A DNA stretch of 64,000 nucleotides from Gemmatimonadales bacterium (GTDB lineage: Bacteria; Gemmatimonadota; Gemmatimonadetes; Gemmatimonadales; GWC2-71-9), in NCBI GenBank assembly GCA_041741375.1, contig JBGSKF010000143.1:18633-82632 (forward strand), written 5' to 3'. A program made the translations under genes and the position numbers. Each line of letters starts with the position of its first letter. The stretch's first letter is position 1. Shown here piece by piece: positions 35,137 through 44,551 of this stretch. The notes under the pieces are model-generated. The model was not told the DNA's origin and did not search any database. It saw nothing but the letters and a program-made list of their open reading frames with translations.

Positions 35137-37584
35137 TCACCCGCCCCGCATCACCATCGCCGGATCCACCCGCGCAGCACGCAGCGCCGGAAGCCAGCAC
35201 GCCACGAGCCCCACCGTCACCATTACCAGTGCTACGAGGATCAGTGTCACCGGATCGTGCGGGGCCACGCCGAACAGGAGACCGCGGATGATGCGGGTCG
35301 CGAACAGCGCCCCGGCGATCCCCAGCACCAGGCCGATGCCGAGCAGTGTGCCACCCTCGCGGATCACCATTCCCTGCACCCGGCTCTGGTCGGCGCCCAG
35401 GCTCATCCGGATCCCGATCTCCAGGGTCCGGGCGCTCACCGAGAATGCCAGCACCCCGGCGATGCCGACGGCGGCGATGAGCACCGCCAGGAGTCCGAAG
35501 GCGCCGATGAGGGCGGCGTTCAGGCGGCGGGGCGCCACGCTCTGGCCCTTGATCTCCGACAGGGTCAGCACGTTCTCGATCGGATCCCGGGGGGCGATGT
35601 TCCGCACCAGCCGGGTCGCAGCCGCTCCCAGAGCGGACGCATCCTGCTCGGAGCGGATCACCAGGCCGCCGGCGAACACCACCTCCTGGGCAAAGGGCTG
35701 GAACAGAACGGGGCGTGGCTCGACATCGAGTCCTCCGTCCCGCGTGTCGCCCACCACGCCAACCACCGTGCGCCAGTCGCCCGTCACCGGAATGAATCGC
35801 AGCACGTCCCCGGTCCACGCCACCCGCTGACCGATCGGGTCCCGGTCCCCGAAGAGCCGTTTGCTCAGCGTCTCGTTGAGGATCACCACCAGGGCGCTCC
35901 CCTCGATGTCGGTGGAGGTGAACTCCCGTCCCCGCAGCACCGGGATCCCGGCCGCCCGGAAATACTCGGGACTCGCCGTGCGATACTCGGCGCGCGGGAT
36001 CGCCTCGCCGACGGCCAGGGCCCGCCCTTCCGCCTTCAACTCGAGTTGGAAGTCCGAGGAGCGGAGGGGGATCACCGAACCGACTCCCACGTCGCGCACC
36101 CCGGGGATCGCGGCGATCTCGTACTTCATCCGGTCGTAGAGCGCCCTGGTGGCGTCGTTGTCTCCATCTCCGCCGCTGACCGGCACTTCCATCGTGAGGA
36201 CCTCGCTCTCGCCCCCGGTGAGACCGGTGTCCACCTCCGAGAGTCGGAGCATGGTGCGGGTCAGGAGGCCCGCTCCGGTCAGGAGGATCACGGAGACGGC
36301 GACCTGAGCCACGACAAGCGCGCGTTGGAGCCGTTGGCGGCGCAGGGTGCCGCTGGCGCGCGCCACGCCCTGGGCCATCCAGGTGCCGAGGGTTCCCTCC
36401 CGGGCGAGCCGCGGCGCGAAGGAGAGGAGGAGGGCCACGGCCACGGTCAGCACCAGGGTGAAGCCCAGGACCATGGCGTCGAGCCGGATTTCCCCGGCCC
36501 GGGGAGAAACCCGTTCCGCGAAGGCGATGAGGAGCTGCAACCCGCCCGCGGCCAGTACGAGACCCAGGACGGCGCCACCCAGGGCCAGCACCAGGTTCTC
36601 CACCAGAAGCAGGCGGCGGAGGCGGCCGGCCCCGGCCCCCAGCGCGGCCCGGATCACCAGTTCATGCTCGCGTCGCACCCCGCGCATCAGGGTCAGGTTG
36701 GCGACGTTGGCGGCGGAAATGATCATCACGAAGGCCGCGGCGCCCATCAGGAGCCAGAGGGTCAGGCGCGCGCGCTCGCCGAGCACCTCGTGGAAGGGAG
36801 TGAGGGTGACGCGGTATCCGGACGCGGCATCGTAGGCGTCGGGGTGATCGGCCTGGACCCGGGCGCGGATCGTCTCCACCTCGCTGCGGGCCTGGGGCAG
36901 CGTGGCGCCGGGAGCCAGGCGGGCGATCATCTCCGTCATCCGGTGGGTTCGGCCCGTCACCATCATGGCGCTGGTGTGGTGCTCGCTGATCACCATGTTC
37001 ATCAGCGCATCCATCCGGTTCGGGAAGGTGGGGGCAGGCTCCACCACGCCAACCACCGTCACCGCTCGTCCGTCCACCAGGATCGTCTGTCCGACGATCC
37101 CACTGTCCCCCTGGAACCGCTTCAACCAGTACTCGTGGGTCAGGACCATCACGGGAGGCACGGCGGTGCCGTCGTCTCCGTCGGTCAGCAGCCGGCCCAG
37201 GGCCGGAGCGAGGCCCATGACCTGGAAATAGTTTCCGGTGACGAGCCCGACGGTCATCCGGACCGCGTCGTTGTCCCCCTGGAGGGTGTAGGTCATGGGG
37301 GAGTACTCGGCGATCCCCCCAAGGGTACTGGCGCCTTCCCGGAAGTCGTCGATTTCGGGCACGGAGAAGAGCACGTTCTCTCCGCCCGGGCCTTCGACCG
37401 ACTGGCGGAGGTAGACCAGCCGGTCGCCGTCGCGATGGGGAAGGGGACGGAGGAGCACGCCGCGCACCACGCTGAAGATGGCGGTGTTGGCGCCGATGCC
37501 GAGCCCGAGCGTCAGGACCACGGTGAGGGTGAAGCCGTGGGCCTTGGCGAGGGAGCGCAGGGAGAAGCGGAGATCAGCGAGCAT
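35137..37584 (-). CDS. ADOP-family duplicated MacB/FtsX-like ABC permease
   Basis: ORF 35137..37584 (815 aa). MLADLRFSLRSLAKAHGFTLTVVLTLGLGIGANTAIFSVV..., two FtsX modules. Confidence 0.9.
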   Translation of the reverse strand: MLADLRFSLRSLAKAHGFTLTVVLTLGLGIGANTAIFSVVRGVLLRPLPHRDGDRLVYLRQSVEGPGGENVLFSVPEIDDFREGASTLGGIAEYSPMTYTLQGDNDAVRMTVGLVTGNYFQVMGLAPALGRLLTDGDDGTAVPPVMVLTHEYWLKRFQGDSGIVGQTILVDGRAVTVVGVVEPAPTFPNRMDALMNMVISEHHTSAMMVTGRTHRMTEMIARLAPGATLPQARSEVETIRARVQADHPDAYDAASGYRVTLTPFHEVLGERARLTLWLLMGAAAFVMIISAANVANLTLMRGVRREHELVIRAALGAGAGRLRRLLLVENLVLALGGAVLGLVLAAGGLQLLIAFAERVSPRAGEIRLDAMVLGFTLVLTVAVALLLSFAPRLAREGTLGTWMAQGVARASGTLRRQRLQRALVVAQVAVSVILLTGAGLLTRTMLRLSEVDTGLTGGESEVLTMEVPVSGGDGDNDATRALYDRMKYEIAAIPGVRDVGVGSVIPLRSSDFQLELKAEGRALAVGEAIPRAEYRTASPEYFRAAGIPVLRGREFTSTDIEGSALVVILNETLSKRLFGDRDPIGQRVAWTGDVLRFIPVTGDWRTVVGVVGDTRDGGLDVEPRPVLFQPFAQEVVFAGGLVIRSEQDASALGAAATRLVRNIAPRDPIENVLTLSEIKGQSVAPRRLNAALIGAFGLLAVLIAAVGIAGVLAFSVSARTLEIGIRMSLGADQSRVQGMVIREGGTLLGIGLVLGIAGALFATRIIRGLLFGVAPHDPVTLILVALVMVTVGLVACWLPALRAARVDPAMVMRGG

Positions 37585-37932
37585 CCGATACTCCTTTCAG
37601 TGGTCGGGGATGGGGTCAGGTCCTCAGCGAAACTAATTACCCGAAATGGGTTTCGGGCTTTTAAGTCGAGGCCCGGCCGCGGAGCGGCCGAAGAGCATGG
37701 CCCACGGCTTTAGCCGTGGGAGCAGGAGGCATCGACACTTTCCCGCGCCCCGTTGGGGCGCAAGACAACGGGGCGCGAATGGGACACACCCTGCGCCCGT
37801 TCGCCGACGCTCTCCCTGGCCAAGGTCATGCACACCTCAAGGGTGGCTCGTCGTGGTCGGTCGACGATGAGCTGCGAGGCCCACGTGGACTGACTTGCGC
37901 CCCTACGGGGCGCCACGCTCCTTTCCTGTCCG

Positions 37933-38190
37933 TCAGCCTTTGCCCCACCTCGCCACCAGCCCCTGCAACGTCGCCGAGGCCGTGCTCTCGTCATGGGGCA
38001 CCAGGAGGTACGTCCACGGCTTCTCAGCATATTCCGCCGCAAACACGCTCGCATGCCCACACCACTCCACCGCCGCTTGGGCCTTGGCCTGGACCTCGGG
38101 ATCCTCCATCTCATTGGCCGCCTTCACCTCGACCAGGAGTCCTCGTTCCCCCGCTTCCATCGCGAAGTTGGGTTCGTATTGACACTCCAT
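37933..38190 (-). pseudogene. remnant of a type III res gene (C-terminal about 80 codons only)
   Basis: ORF 37933..38190 (...LLVEVKAANEMEDPEVQAKAQAAVEWCGHASVFAAEYAEKPWTYLLVPHDESTASATLQGLVARWGKG) parallels the C-terminus of the intact res at 40212. Confidence 0.75.
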
Positions 38191-38385
38191 GCCGCCAGCG
38201 TGCTACTTGGCCGTTCGTGCAGCCTCAGCGAACACTCCTGATCGGCTGGGATCATGAAGACTGTACACCGCTCGGGAGCGGTGGCGCCTGAGGCCGTGCT
38301 TGAAGATGTGCTCTCGAACCCAGGCCCGCGGTGAAAGCTCAGGACGCCGTTGAGCCTTGCTGAAGTGTAACCCGTCGGAGACCGG

Positions 38386-39129
38386 CTATGGGCGAGGCCA
38401 GCCATCCGGATCGTGGGGGTCGAATGGACGTTTCATCGCCACAAGATACGGGTGGTCCTTGGCCCAAAATGATGCTTCGACCATGCGAGCCACAGGGAGG
38501 ATGAGGACGCTTTCAGCCCCTGCCTCCAGCAGGCATCCGGCCGAGCTGAGTGCCGTGGCTCCCGTCACCCACGTATCTTCGATCAAGACGATGCGCTTTC
38601 CGGTAGTCTTCTCCGACGCCCGGAATGCGGAGGGCTTGTACTCCTTGCGCCCGAGGGTTTCCGTCCTCTTGAACCTCACTGCCTCCACGAGCGCGTCCGC
38701 GAGCGGTCTGACGCGTGCCAGCGCCAACCGGAGTGGCTGGTGTTCGAAATCGACGCCGCGCTTTGAAGGAACTACAGTGATGAAGGACGGATCGCCACCC
38801 AGGGCGCTACGAATCTTCCCCTGGTGTGTCATCGTGTATTCGTATACGAGCGATGCGATGAGAGCGCCGTGCTCCTTCTGAAGCGTCTTGTAGGTTTGGA
38901 GTCTGGTGTACCAGGGACTCGGGTTGATGGCGGCGGTAATCGGCACGACACACTTCTGGAAAACCTCCGGAACCCCCGCCTTCCGGAAGAGCATGTGACA
39001 CGCGTGGCACATCTCGTACTCGTTCACCGGCCCGAGGCAGCAGCGGCAGACAGAGCCGGAGTTATCGAGTTTCGGAACGCTGCCGAGGATGCCGGCTGCT
39101 TGCGCCAGAATTTCTCGGGTTGTCGGCAT
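38386..39129 (-). CDS. ComF-type phosphoribosyltransferase with N-terminal zinc ribbon (ShosT-like)
   Basis: ORF 38386..39129. CRCC...CHAC zinc ribbon. PRTase motif IVLIEDTWVTGATAL. Confidence 0.75.
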   Translation of the reverse strand: MPTTREILAQAAGILGSVPKLDNSGSVCRCCLGPVNEYEMCHACHMLFRKAGVPEVFQKCVVPITAAINPSPWYTRLQTYKTLQKEHGALIASLVYEYTMTHQGKIRSALGGDPSFITVVPSKRGVDFEHQPLRLALARVRPLADALVEAVRFKRTETLGRKEYKPSAFRASEKTTGKRIVLIEDTWVTGATALSSAGCLLEAGAESVLILPVARMVEASFWAKDHPYLVAMKRPFDPHDPDGWPRP

Positions 39130-39135
39130 CCGGAA

Positions 39136-40071
39136 TCAAACGCCGACGGTGATCGGTCCCCGTAGTGCCACATCAAGGCGTTCAATCACATCGGCTGCCG
39201 ATGTGATCTCAACAGCCCTGGTTCCGAACGCCCCCTCGGTCACGTACTTCCTGGCCCACTCCCGAGTCCTCACCAGCTCGGAATGCAGGAACACGGTACG
39301 GCCATGCTGCAGCGCAACACGGGCTTGAATTCGTGCCCCGGATGTGTCTGAGGCCTCAACGACGATGGTCGCGAGTGACAGTCCGGACATCACGACGTTC
39401 CGCATCGGAAACGTCCACTTGGTCGGAGGTTGGTCCGGTGTGAACTGCGATATCAGCGTGCCTCCGGAAGCGAGGATCTCCTCCGCGAGGGTTGCATTCT
39501 CCGCAGGGTAGAGGCGTTTGAGCCCGCTGCCGAGCACCGCACAGGTTACTCCTCCAGCCTGCAGGGTGGCACGGTGAGCTGCCGTGTCTATCCCAACAGC
39601 CAGGCCGGAGAGGATGACAAAGCCATCACTGACGAGTTGTGAAGTGATCTCCGCCGCGATTCCCAGTGCCTTCGGTCCTGCGGCACGCGCCCCGACGATG
39701 GACACAGACCGTGTTCCCAAGGCAGCAGGCAACACGCCCCGGATGAAGAGGAGCGGTGGGCGGTTGAAGACGTCGTGAAGTGGCTCGGGGTATCCACTAT
39801 CCAGCACCGTCACCGGTTCCAGTCCCTGCGCACGCCAGACGGCGAGATCCTCTCTGGCCCGTTGCAGGTCCTCCGCTGTCACGGCGCCTATGAACTGATG
39901 TACTGGCTTTGGCCAGGCAAATAACCGATCCTCCTCGGCAAGTTCGACCAGACGCAACGCCGAACCAGTATGGCCGATCAGTGCCCCGAGGTGCTCCTGG
40001 GGAACAACCCGTGCACGCTGGAGCGCCAAGGTGGCCGCAGTCTCGTCAAGTGGGAAGTCGGCCGCTACCAT
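39136..40071 (-). CDS. DprA/Smf (SLOG) family protein (ShosA-like)
   Basis: ORF 39136..40230 from ATG 40071 (ggagga Shine-Dalgarno). SIVGARAAG...SGLAVGIDTAAHRATLQAGGVTCAVLGSGLKRLYPAEN. Confidence 0.8.
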   Translation of the reverse strand: MVAADFPLDETAATLALQRARVVPQEHLGALIGHTGSALRLVELAEEDRLFAWPKPVHQFIGAVTAEDLQRAREDLAVWRAQGLEPVTVLDSGYPEPLHDVFNRPPLLFIRGVLPAALGTRSVSIVGARAAGPKALGIAAEITSQLVSDGFVILSGLAVGIDTAAHRATLQAGGVTCAVLGSGLKRLYPAENATLAEEILASGGTLISQFTPDQPPTKWTFPMRNVVMSGLSLATIVVEASDTSGARIQARVALQHGRTVFLHSELVRTREWARKYVTEGAFGTRAVEITSAADVIERLDVALRGPITVGV

Positions 40072-40211
40072 CGTTCCTCCGTGCTGGCGACTCGGGTGGC
40101 CCTGTCCATGGGGTATGAAGCAATGCACCCGAATATATACCGAAATAGCCGCTTCCGAAAGCTCCACCCTTCTGCCCCAACCCGAAACATACGAGGACTC
40201 CTTGGCCCCAT

Positions 40212-42896
40212 CTACTCCCCTCTCCCCCACTTCGCCACCAGCCCCTGCAACGTCGCCGAGGCCGTGATCTCGTCATGGGGCACCAGGAGGTAGGTCCACG
40301 GCTTCTCGCCATATCCCGCCGCAAACACGCTCGCATGCCCGCACCACTCCACCGCCGCCCGGGCCTTGGCCTGGACCTCGGGATCCTCCATCTCATTCGC
40401 CGCCTTCACCTCGATCAGCAGCTTCCGGTCGGTGGTTTCCGCAACGAAATCCGGTTCGTAGGACTGGGACTGGCCGTGGCCCCAGAAGATCCGCGGCGGC
40501 GGCCCGGCGAGCCGAGCCCACTTCACCACCTCCGGCGCGTCATCGAGCAGAACCGCCATCCGCCGCTCGGCGTCCGAATCGAACCGGGCCTCCCTGTAGA
40601 TGGACTTCCGGAAGTGCCCGAACCGCATCCCCCGGATCCGGCTCGGCGCCTGCACCGCAAACCGGACATCGCGCACCTTCTCCGCCTGGTCCGCCGTGCT
40701 CGCCTGGGGGGGAAGCTGCTCGAATCCCTTGCTGATCCGCGCCTCGTAGCCCACCGCATCCTCCCAGGCATGTTCCGCGAGCTGCGCATGCACCAGCTCC
40801 CCAATCTGGCGCTCGTAGAACTGGAGCACGTTCTTCACCGCGTCATCGTCCGGCAGGTAGCTCCGGAGCCGCGCCACCACCTGCCCCGCCAGCTTGTACA
40901 GCAGCTCGGAGTGGCTGTCATACGACACGTCGGGCCGGCCCACCAATGACCGCACCACGAAGTTCTCCAACCGCGGCTCATCCATCCGCGACGTGACACC
41001 CGAGAGCGTTTCCCGTGTGCTTTCGGAGAGGTGCTGAATCAGAATGTCGTTGTCCACCGGCTGGAAGTTGATCTTCGAGACGTCGAGCTCGAAGTCGCGG
41101 AATCCCGTTCGTACCTCCCCCTTCGGCACCACGAGGATCCGCGGGATGTCGATGTTGATCAGGCTGTAGATTTCCACCGCTTTCGACACCGGCGCGTCGA
41201 GATCCTCGGTGGAGCGGAGCGGGAGTTCCGCCTGAATTCCGGCGAGATGTTCCCGAACAGCCTGGACCAGACGGCTTCGCGGTTCATCATCGAGGAGGGA
41301 GCGGGTGGAGGGATAGTGCGCAAAGGCTGGGTGGTGAATCACCTCCAACGTGGCCCGTGCCACCTGGATGTCCTCCTCCGAGGTGAACACCGGCGGGGGA
41401 GCCTCCGGTGCGCCGTCGGTCACGGGGGGAGGGAGGAACATTGCCTGCGCGGGAGACGGCACCACCACCGCCACCCGGCCCACGGGGAGCGATTCCTCGT
41501 TCCCGATGTATACCGGCACATACCGGATCGCCGAGTCGGAACGGTTGGCCTCGTCGATGATCTCCTGGAACCGGTCGTGCGCCACGATGGTGAGCCGGTC
41601 CACCGCCGAGACACCGGTGCGCCGGCCGTAGGGGAGCCGGAGTCCCCGTCCGATGGACTGCTCCACCAGAGTGCGGCTTGTGGCGGTGCGGAGCGGCACG
41701 ATGGTGTAGAGGTTGGTGACGTCCCATCCCTCCTTCAGCATGTTCACGTGAATCACGATCTCGGTCGGTTCGGCGGGGTCCTCCACCTTGAGGAGCCGCT
41801 CGACGTTCTCCTCCCTCTCGTCCCCGCGGAGCGTCGAGTGCACCGTAATGACCTTGGCCGCATACTGGCCGCCGAAGAACGCCTCTCCCTTGATCCGCGC
41901 CTCGAGTTCCGCGGCGTGGGTCGTGTCCTTTGCCACCACGAGCATGAACGGCTTGACCTGCGGCTTCCCCTCCCGGATGGCGTAGGTCTGCAGCTCGGCC
42001 TTCACCGCCTCATGGATCCGGACCCCGTCCTCCAGCTTGAGCAGTTCCAGTTGCTCCTCGGTATACACCCCGGCGTCGAAGTTCTCCCGGGTGGCCACGG
42101 CAGGCTCCTTCACGAAGCCGTCGCGGAGAGCGTGGGTCAAGGGGTAGGAATAGATCACGTTCTTGAACGGCACCGGGGGCCGGGCGCCCCGTTCGATCTG
42201 CGGCGTGGCGGTGACCTCGAGCCCCAGGACCGGCTTGAGCTCATTGATGGCGTTCATTCCGGCGGCGGCGCGGTAGCGGTGGGACTCATCCATGAGCAGC
42301 ACGAGATCGGGGAGCTTGGAGAGGTACTCGAAGTAGCTCTCCCCGATGTACTCGTTGAGTCGCTTGACCCGGGGGGCGCTCCCACCCCGTACCTCGGTGT
42401 TGATCTTGGAGATGTTGAAGAGGTTGATGTTCACATCCCCCTCGCCGAAGAGATCGCCGCGCAGCGCCCGGCCGCTCTCCCAGTTGTCCCCGGTGATGAG
42501 TTCCGGCGGGTGGGTGGCGAACTCGGCGAGCCCCTGGAACACGTATTTCGGGGTGTTCGGGGTGAAGTCCGCGATCAGCTTGTTGTAGATGGTGAGGTTG
42601 GGGGCCAGCACGAAGAAGTGCCGGATCCCCTTGACCCGCCGGAGCCAGGCGATGAAGGCGCCCATGAGCCGAGTCTTGCCGACCCCGGTGGCGAGGGCGA
42701 AGCAGAGGGAGGGGAAGTCGCGTTCGAAGTCCTGCACCGAGGGGTACGCGGCGCTGACCCGTTCCAAGGCCGCGGCGACGTCCTGGTTCTTGGTGAGGGG
42801 GATCAGTTCGGTCGCGGCGGCGAGGATCTCCAGCGCCTCCCGCTGGGGCGCGCGGAGCGAGAGCCGTCCGGCCACTGCCGCGACTTCCCGGCTCAT
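40212..42896 (-). CDS. res: type III restriction enzyme Res subunit (DEAD/DEAH helicase-nuclease)
   Basis: ORF 40212..42896. Motif I ATGVGKT, motif II LLMDESHRY, helicase C region. 4-nt overlap with mod. Confidence 0.85.
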   Translation of the reverse strand: MSREVAAVAGRLSLRAPQREALEILAAATELIPLTKNQDVAAALERVSAAYPSVQDFERDFPSLCFALATGVGKTRLMGAFIAWLRRVKGIRHFFVLAPNLTIYNKLIADFTPNTPKYVFQGLAEFATHPPELITGDNWESGRALRGDLFGEGDVNINLFNISKINTEVRGGSAPRVKRLNEYIGESYFEYLSKLPDLVLLMDESHRYRAAAGMNAINELKPVLGLEVTATPQIERGARPPVPFKNVIYSYPLTHALRDGFVKEPAVATRENFDAGVYTEEQLELLKLEDGVRIHEAVKAELQTYAIREGKPQVKPFMLVVAKDTTHAAELEARIKGEAFFGGQYAAKVITVHSTLRGDEREENVERLLKVEDPAEPTEIVIHVNMLKEGWDVTNLYTIVPLRTATSRTLVEQSIGRGLRLPYGRRTGVSAVDRLTIVAHDRFQEIIDEANRSDSAIRYVPVYIGNEESLPVGRVAVVVPSPAQAMFLPPPVTDGAPEAPPPVFTSEEDIQVARATLEVIHHPAFAHYPSTRSLLDDEPRSRLVQAVREHLAGIQAELPLRSTEDLDAPVSKAVEIYSLINIDIPRILVVPKGEVRTGFRDFELDVSKINFQPVDNDILIQHLSESTRETLSGVTSRMDEPRLENFVVRSLVGRPDVSYDSHSELLYKLAGQVVARLRSYLPDDDAVKNVLQFYERQIGELVHAQLAEHAWEDAVGYEARISKGFEQLPPQASTADQAEKVRDVRFAVQAPSRIRGMRFGHFRKSIYREARFDSDAERRMAVLLDDAPEVVKWARLAGPPPRIFWGHGQSQSYEPDFVAETTDRKLLIEVKAANEMEDPEVQAKARAAVEWCGHASVFAAGYGEKPWTYLLVPHDEITASATLQGLVAKWGRGE

Positions 42897-44515
42897 GTTT
42901 CGTTCTCCGCGAAGATCTCCGCCTGGTCCGGAACGACCCGCGGGGCATCGGGGAGGTCCCGGATCTCCAGGGAGTAGTCATCCCGGCCCCACTCGCACTT
43001 GGAGAGCACCGCCTGGGGAATCTTCTTGAGGGTCAGGTTGGGCCATTGGCTCGCCTTCCCCTTGAACGCGCCGCAGCAGACCAGCAGCGACCGCTCGGGC
43101 CCCACCTCCTCGCTCAACTGGTCGAGTTGCGCCTTGGTGAGGGTCTGGGTGGTGACGTAGAGGAAGTCCCGTTCGGTGGACTGCCCCTGCTGCCACCACC
43201 GCTCCTCGCTCGGCGCGTAGCGGAACCCTTCCAGCTTGGCCACCGCCTCTGCAAGCATCGCGGCGTTGTATTCCTTCGACACCACCCAGTTGCCCCAGCG
43301 GTCCTGTTCCATGAGGGAGGGGGCGAGCCGGTAGTAGCGGAACCCACCGCCGCCCTTCCACTTCACCGCCTCGGTAATTCCGCCCGGATCCTCGCCGTCG
43401 ATCACCTTGCGGAGGCGGGGGATGATGTGGGTGTGACAGTGTTCTCCGAGCTCGATCATGATCCAGCGGCGTCCCATCTTGTGGGCCACGGCGCCGGTGG
43501 TGCCGGAACCGGCGAAGGAGTCGAGGACGAGGTCGCCACGATTCGATGCGATCTGAAGTATTCGGGAAATGAGCCTCTCTGGCTTGGGGGTAAGAAACGC
43601 CTCCTCTTTGCCAAACAGCTCGTGGATCTCCTTCCGGGCTTCGTCCGTATGCCCGACCTCCTCATGTGGCCACCATGTCCACGGCACCATTCCTTCGACT
43701 TCGTCGAGAAAGCGGATCACATTGGGCTGGCTGTTATTGTCCTTGCCAAAGTAGATACGACCCGTGGCGAGTAGTTTCTGGTACTCAGTCTCGACCATTG
43801 ACCAACATCGACCCTCCGGCGGCAGATGCTCTTTCCCGCCGGGTGCTGTGATTACATACATCTGATTCGGTCGATACCCCTGTGCTGTCATCGGGGTCGG
43901 CCGCCAGCGCCCACGAATGTTGCCATCGGGATTCTTGTATACCCTCGCCTGTGCCTCGGTTATCGGAACTCGATTCCTTGTCGCCTTAAACCTGCTGGTG
44001 TCCCTGGCGTACACCAAGACATAGTCGTGCGCGTCCCCGATTGCTTCTCGGTTTTCGCGCGAATAGCGCTTTTGCCAAATGATGTTGGCGATGAACTGGC
44101 TTCGTCCGAAGATCTCATCACACAACACCTTCAGGTAGTGCGCCTCGTTGTCGTCGATGGTGATCCAGAGGGAACCGTCCTCGGAGAGGAGGTTCCGGAT
44201 GATCTCCAGCCGGTCCCGCATCAGGGAGAGCCAGAGGGAGTGTTCCAGGCCGTCGTCGTAGTGGGTGAAGGCGCTGCCGGTATTGTAGGGCGGGTCGATG
44301 AAGACGCACTTCACCTTGCCGGTGAATTCCTGTTCCAGGGCCTTGAGGGCCAGGAGATTGTCGCCGAAGATGAGGCGGTTGTCGAAGAGGTCGTGGTCGG
44401 TGACCCGGTGGGGGGCGTGATGGGACTTGGCCGGGTCCTCGATGAGGATCCGGGGTTCGAGGCGGGGGCGCTGGCCCTTGCCGACCCAGGTGAGTTCAAG
44501 GCGGGTGCGAGCCAT
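42893..44515 (-). CDS. mod: type III DNA methyltransferase Mod subunit (beta-class N6A/N4C)
   Basis: ORF 42893..44515. Catalytic VFIDPPYNTG precedes the AdoMet motif VLDSFAGSGTTG. Confidence 0.9.
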   Translation of the reverse strand: MARTRLELTWVGKGQRPRLEPRILIEDPAKSHHAPHRVTDHDLFDNRLIFGDNLLALKALEQEFTGKVKCVFIDPPYNTGSAFTHYDDGLEHSLWLSLMRDRLEIIRNLLSEDGSLWITIDDNEAHYLKVLCDEIFGRSQFIANIIWQKRYSRENREAIGDAHDYVLVYARDTSRFKATRNRVPITEAQARVYKNPDGNIRGRWRPTPMTAQGYRPNQMYVITAPGGKEHLPPEGRCWSMVETEYQKLLATGRIYFGKDNNSQPNVIRFLDEVEGMVPWTWWPHEEVGHTDEARKEIHELFGKEEAFLTPKPERLISRILQIASNRGDLVLDSFAGSGTTGAVAHKMGRRWIMIELGEHCHTHIIPRLRKVIDGEDPGGITEAVKWKGGGGFRYYRLAPSLMEQDRWGNWVVSKEYNAAMLAEAVAKLEGFRYAPSEERWWQQGQSTERDFLYVTTQTLTKAQLDQLSEEVGPERSLLVCCGAFKGKASQWPNLTLKKIPQAVLSKCEWGRDDYSLEIRDLPDAPRVVPDQAEIFAENET

Positions 44516-44551
44516 ATTGGCGTTCCTTATGTGACCCGTGGGTGAGGCCCG

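Noticed and set aside
35257-37713. 818-aa plus-strand ORF.
   Set aside because: It is exactly antisense to the ADOP permease, which has unmistakable FtsX/MacB features. Its composition is low complexity (H/G/R/P-rich).
39136-40230. Annotating the DprA-like gene as housekeeping competence dprA, using the full 364-aa ORF.
   Set aside because: The first 53 codons lack protein character, and ATG 40071 has a ggagga ribosome-binding site. The context (PRTase partner, R-M, defence island) argues against a housekeeping role, although this cannot be proven from the window.
41031-42977. 648-aa plus-strand ORF, and similar ORFs at 9395..10894, 21974..23428, 17704..19236, 58374..59696 and 61866..63290.
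   Set aside because: All are antisense to well-supported genes and have biased, motif-free translations.
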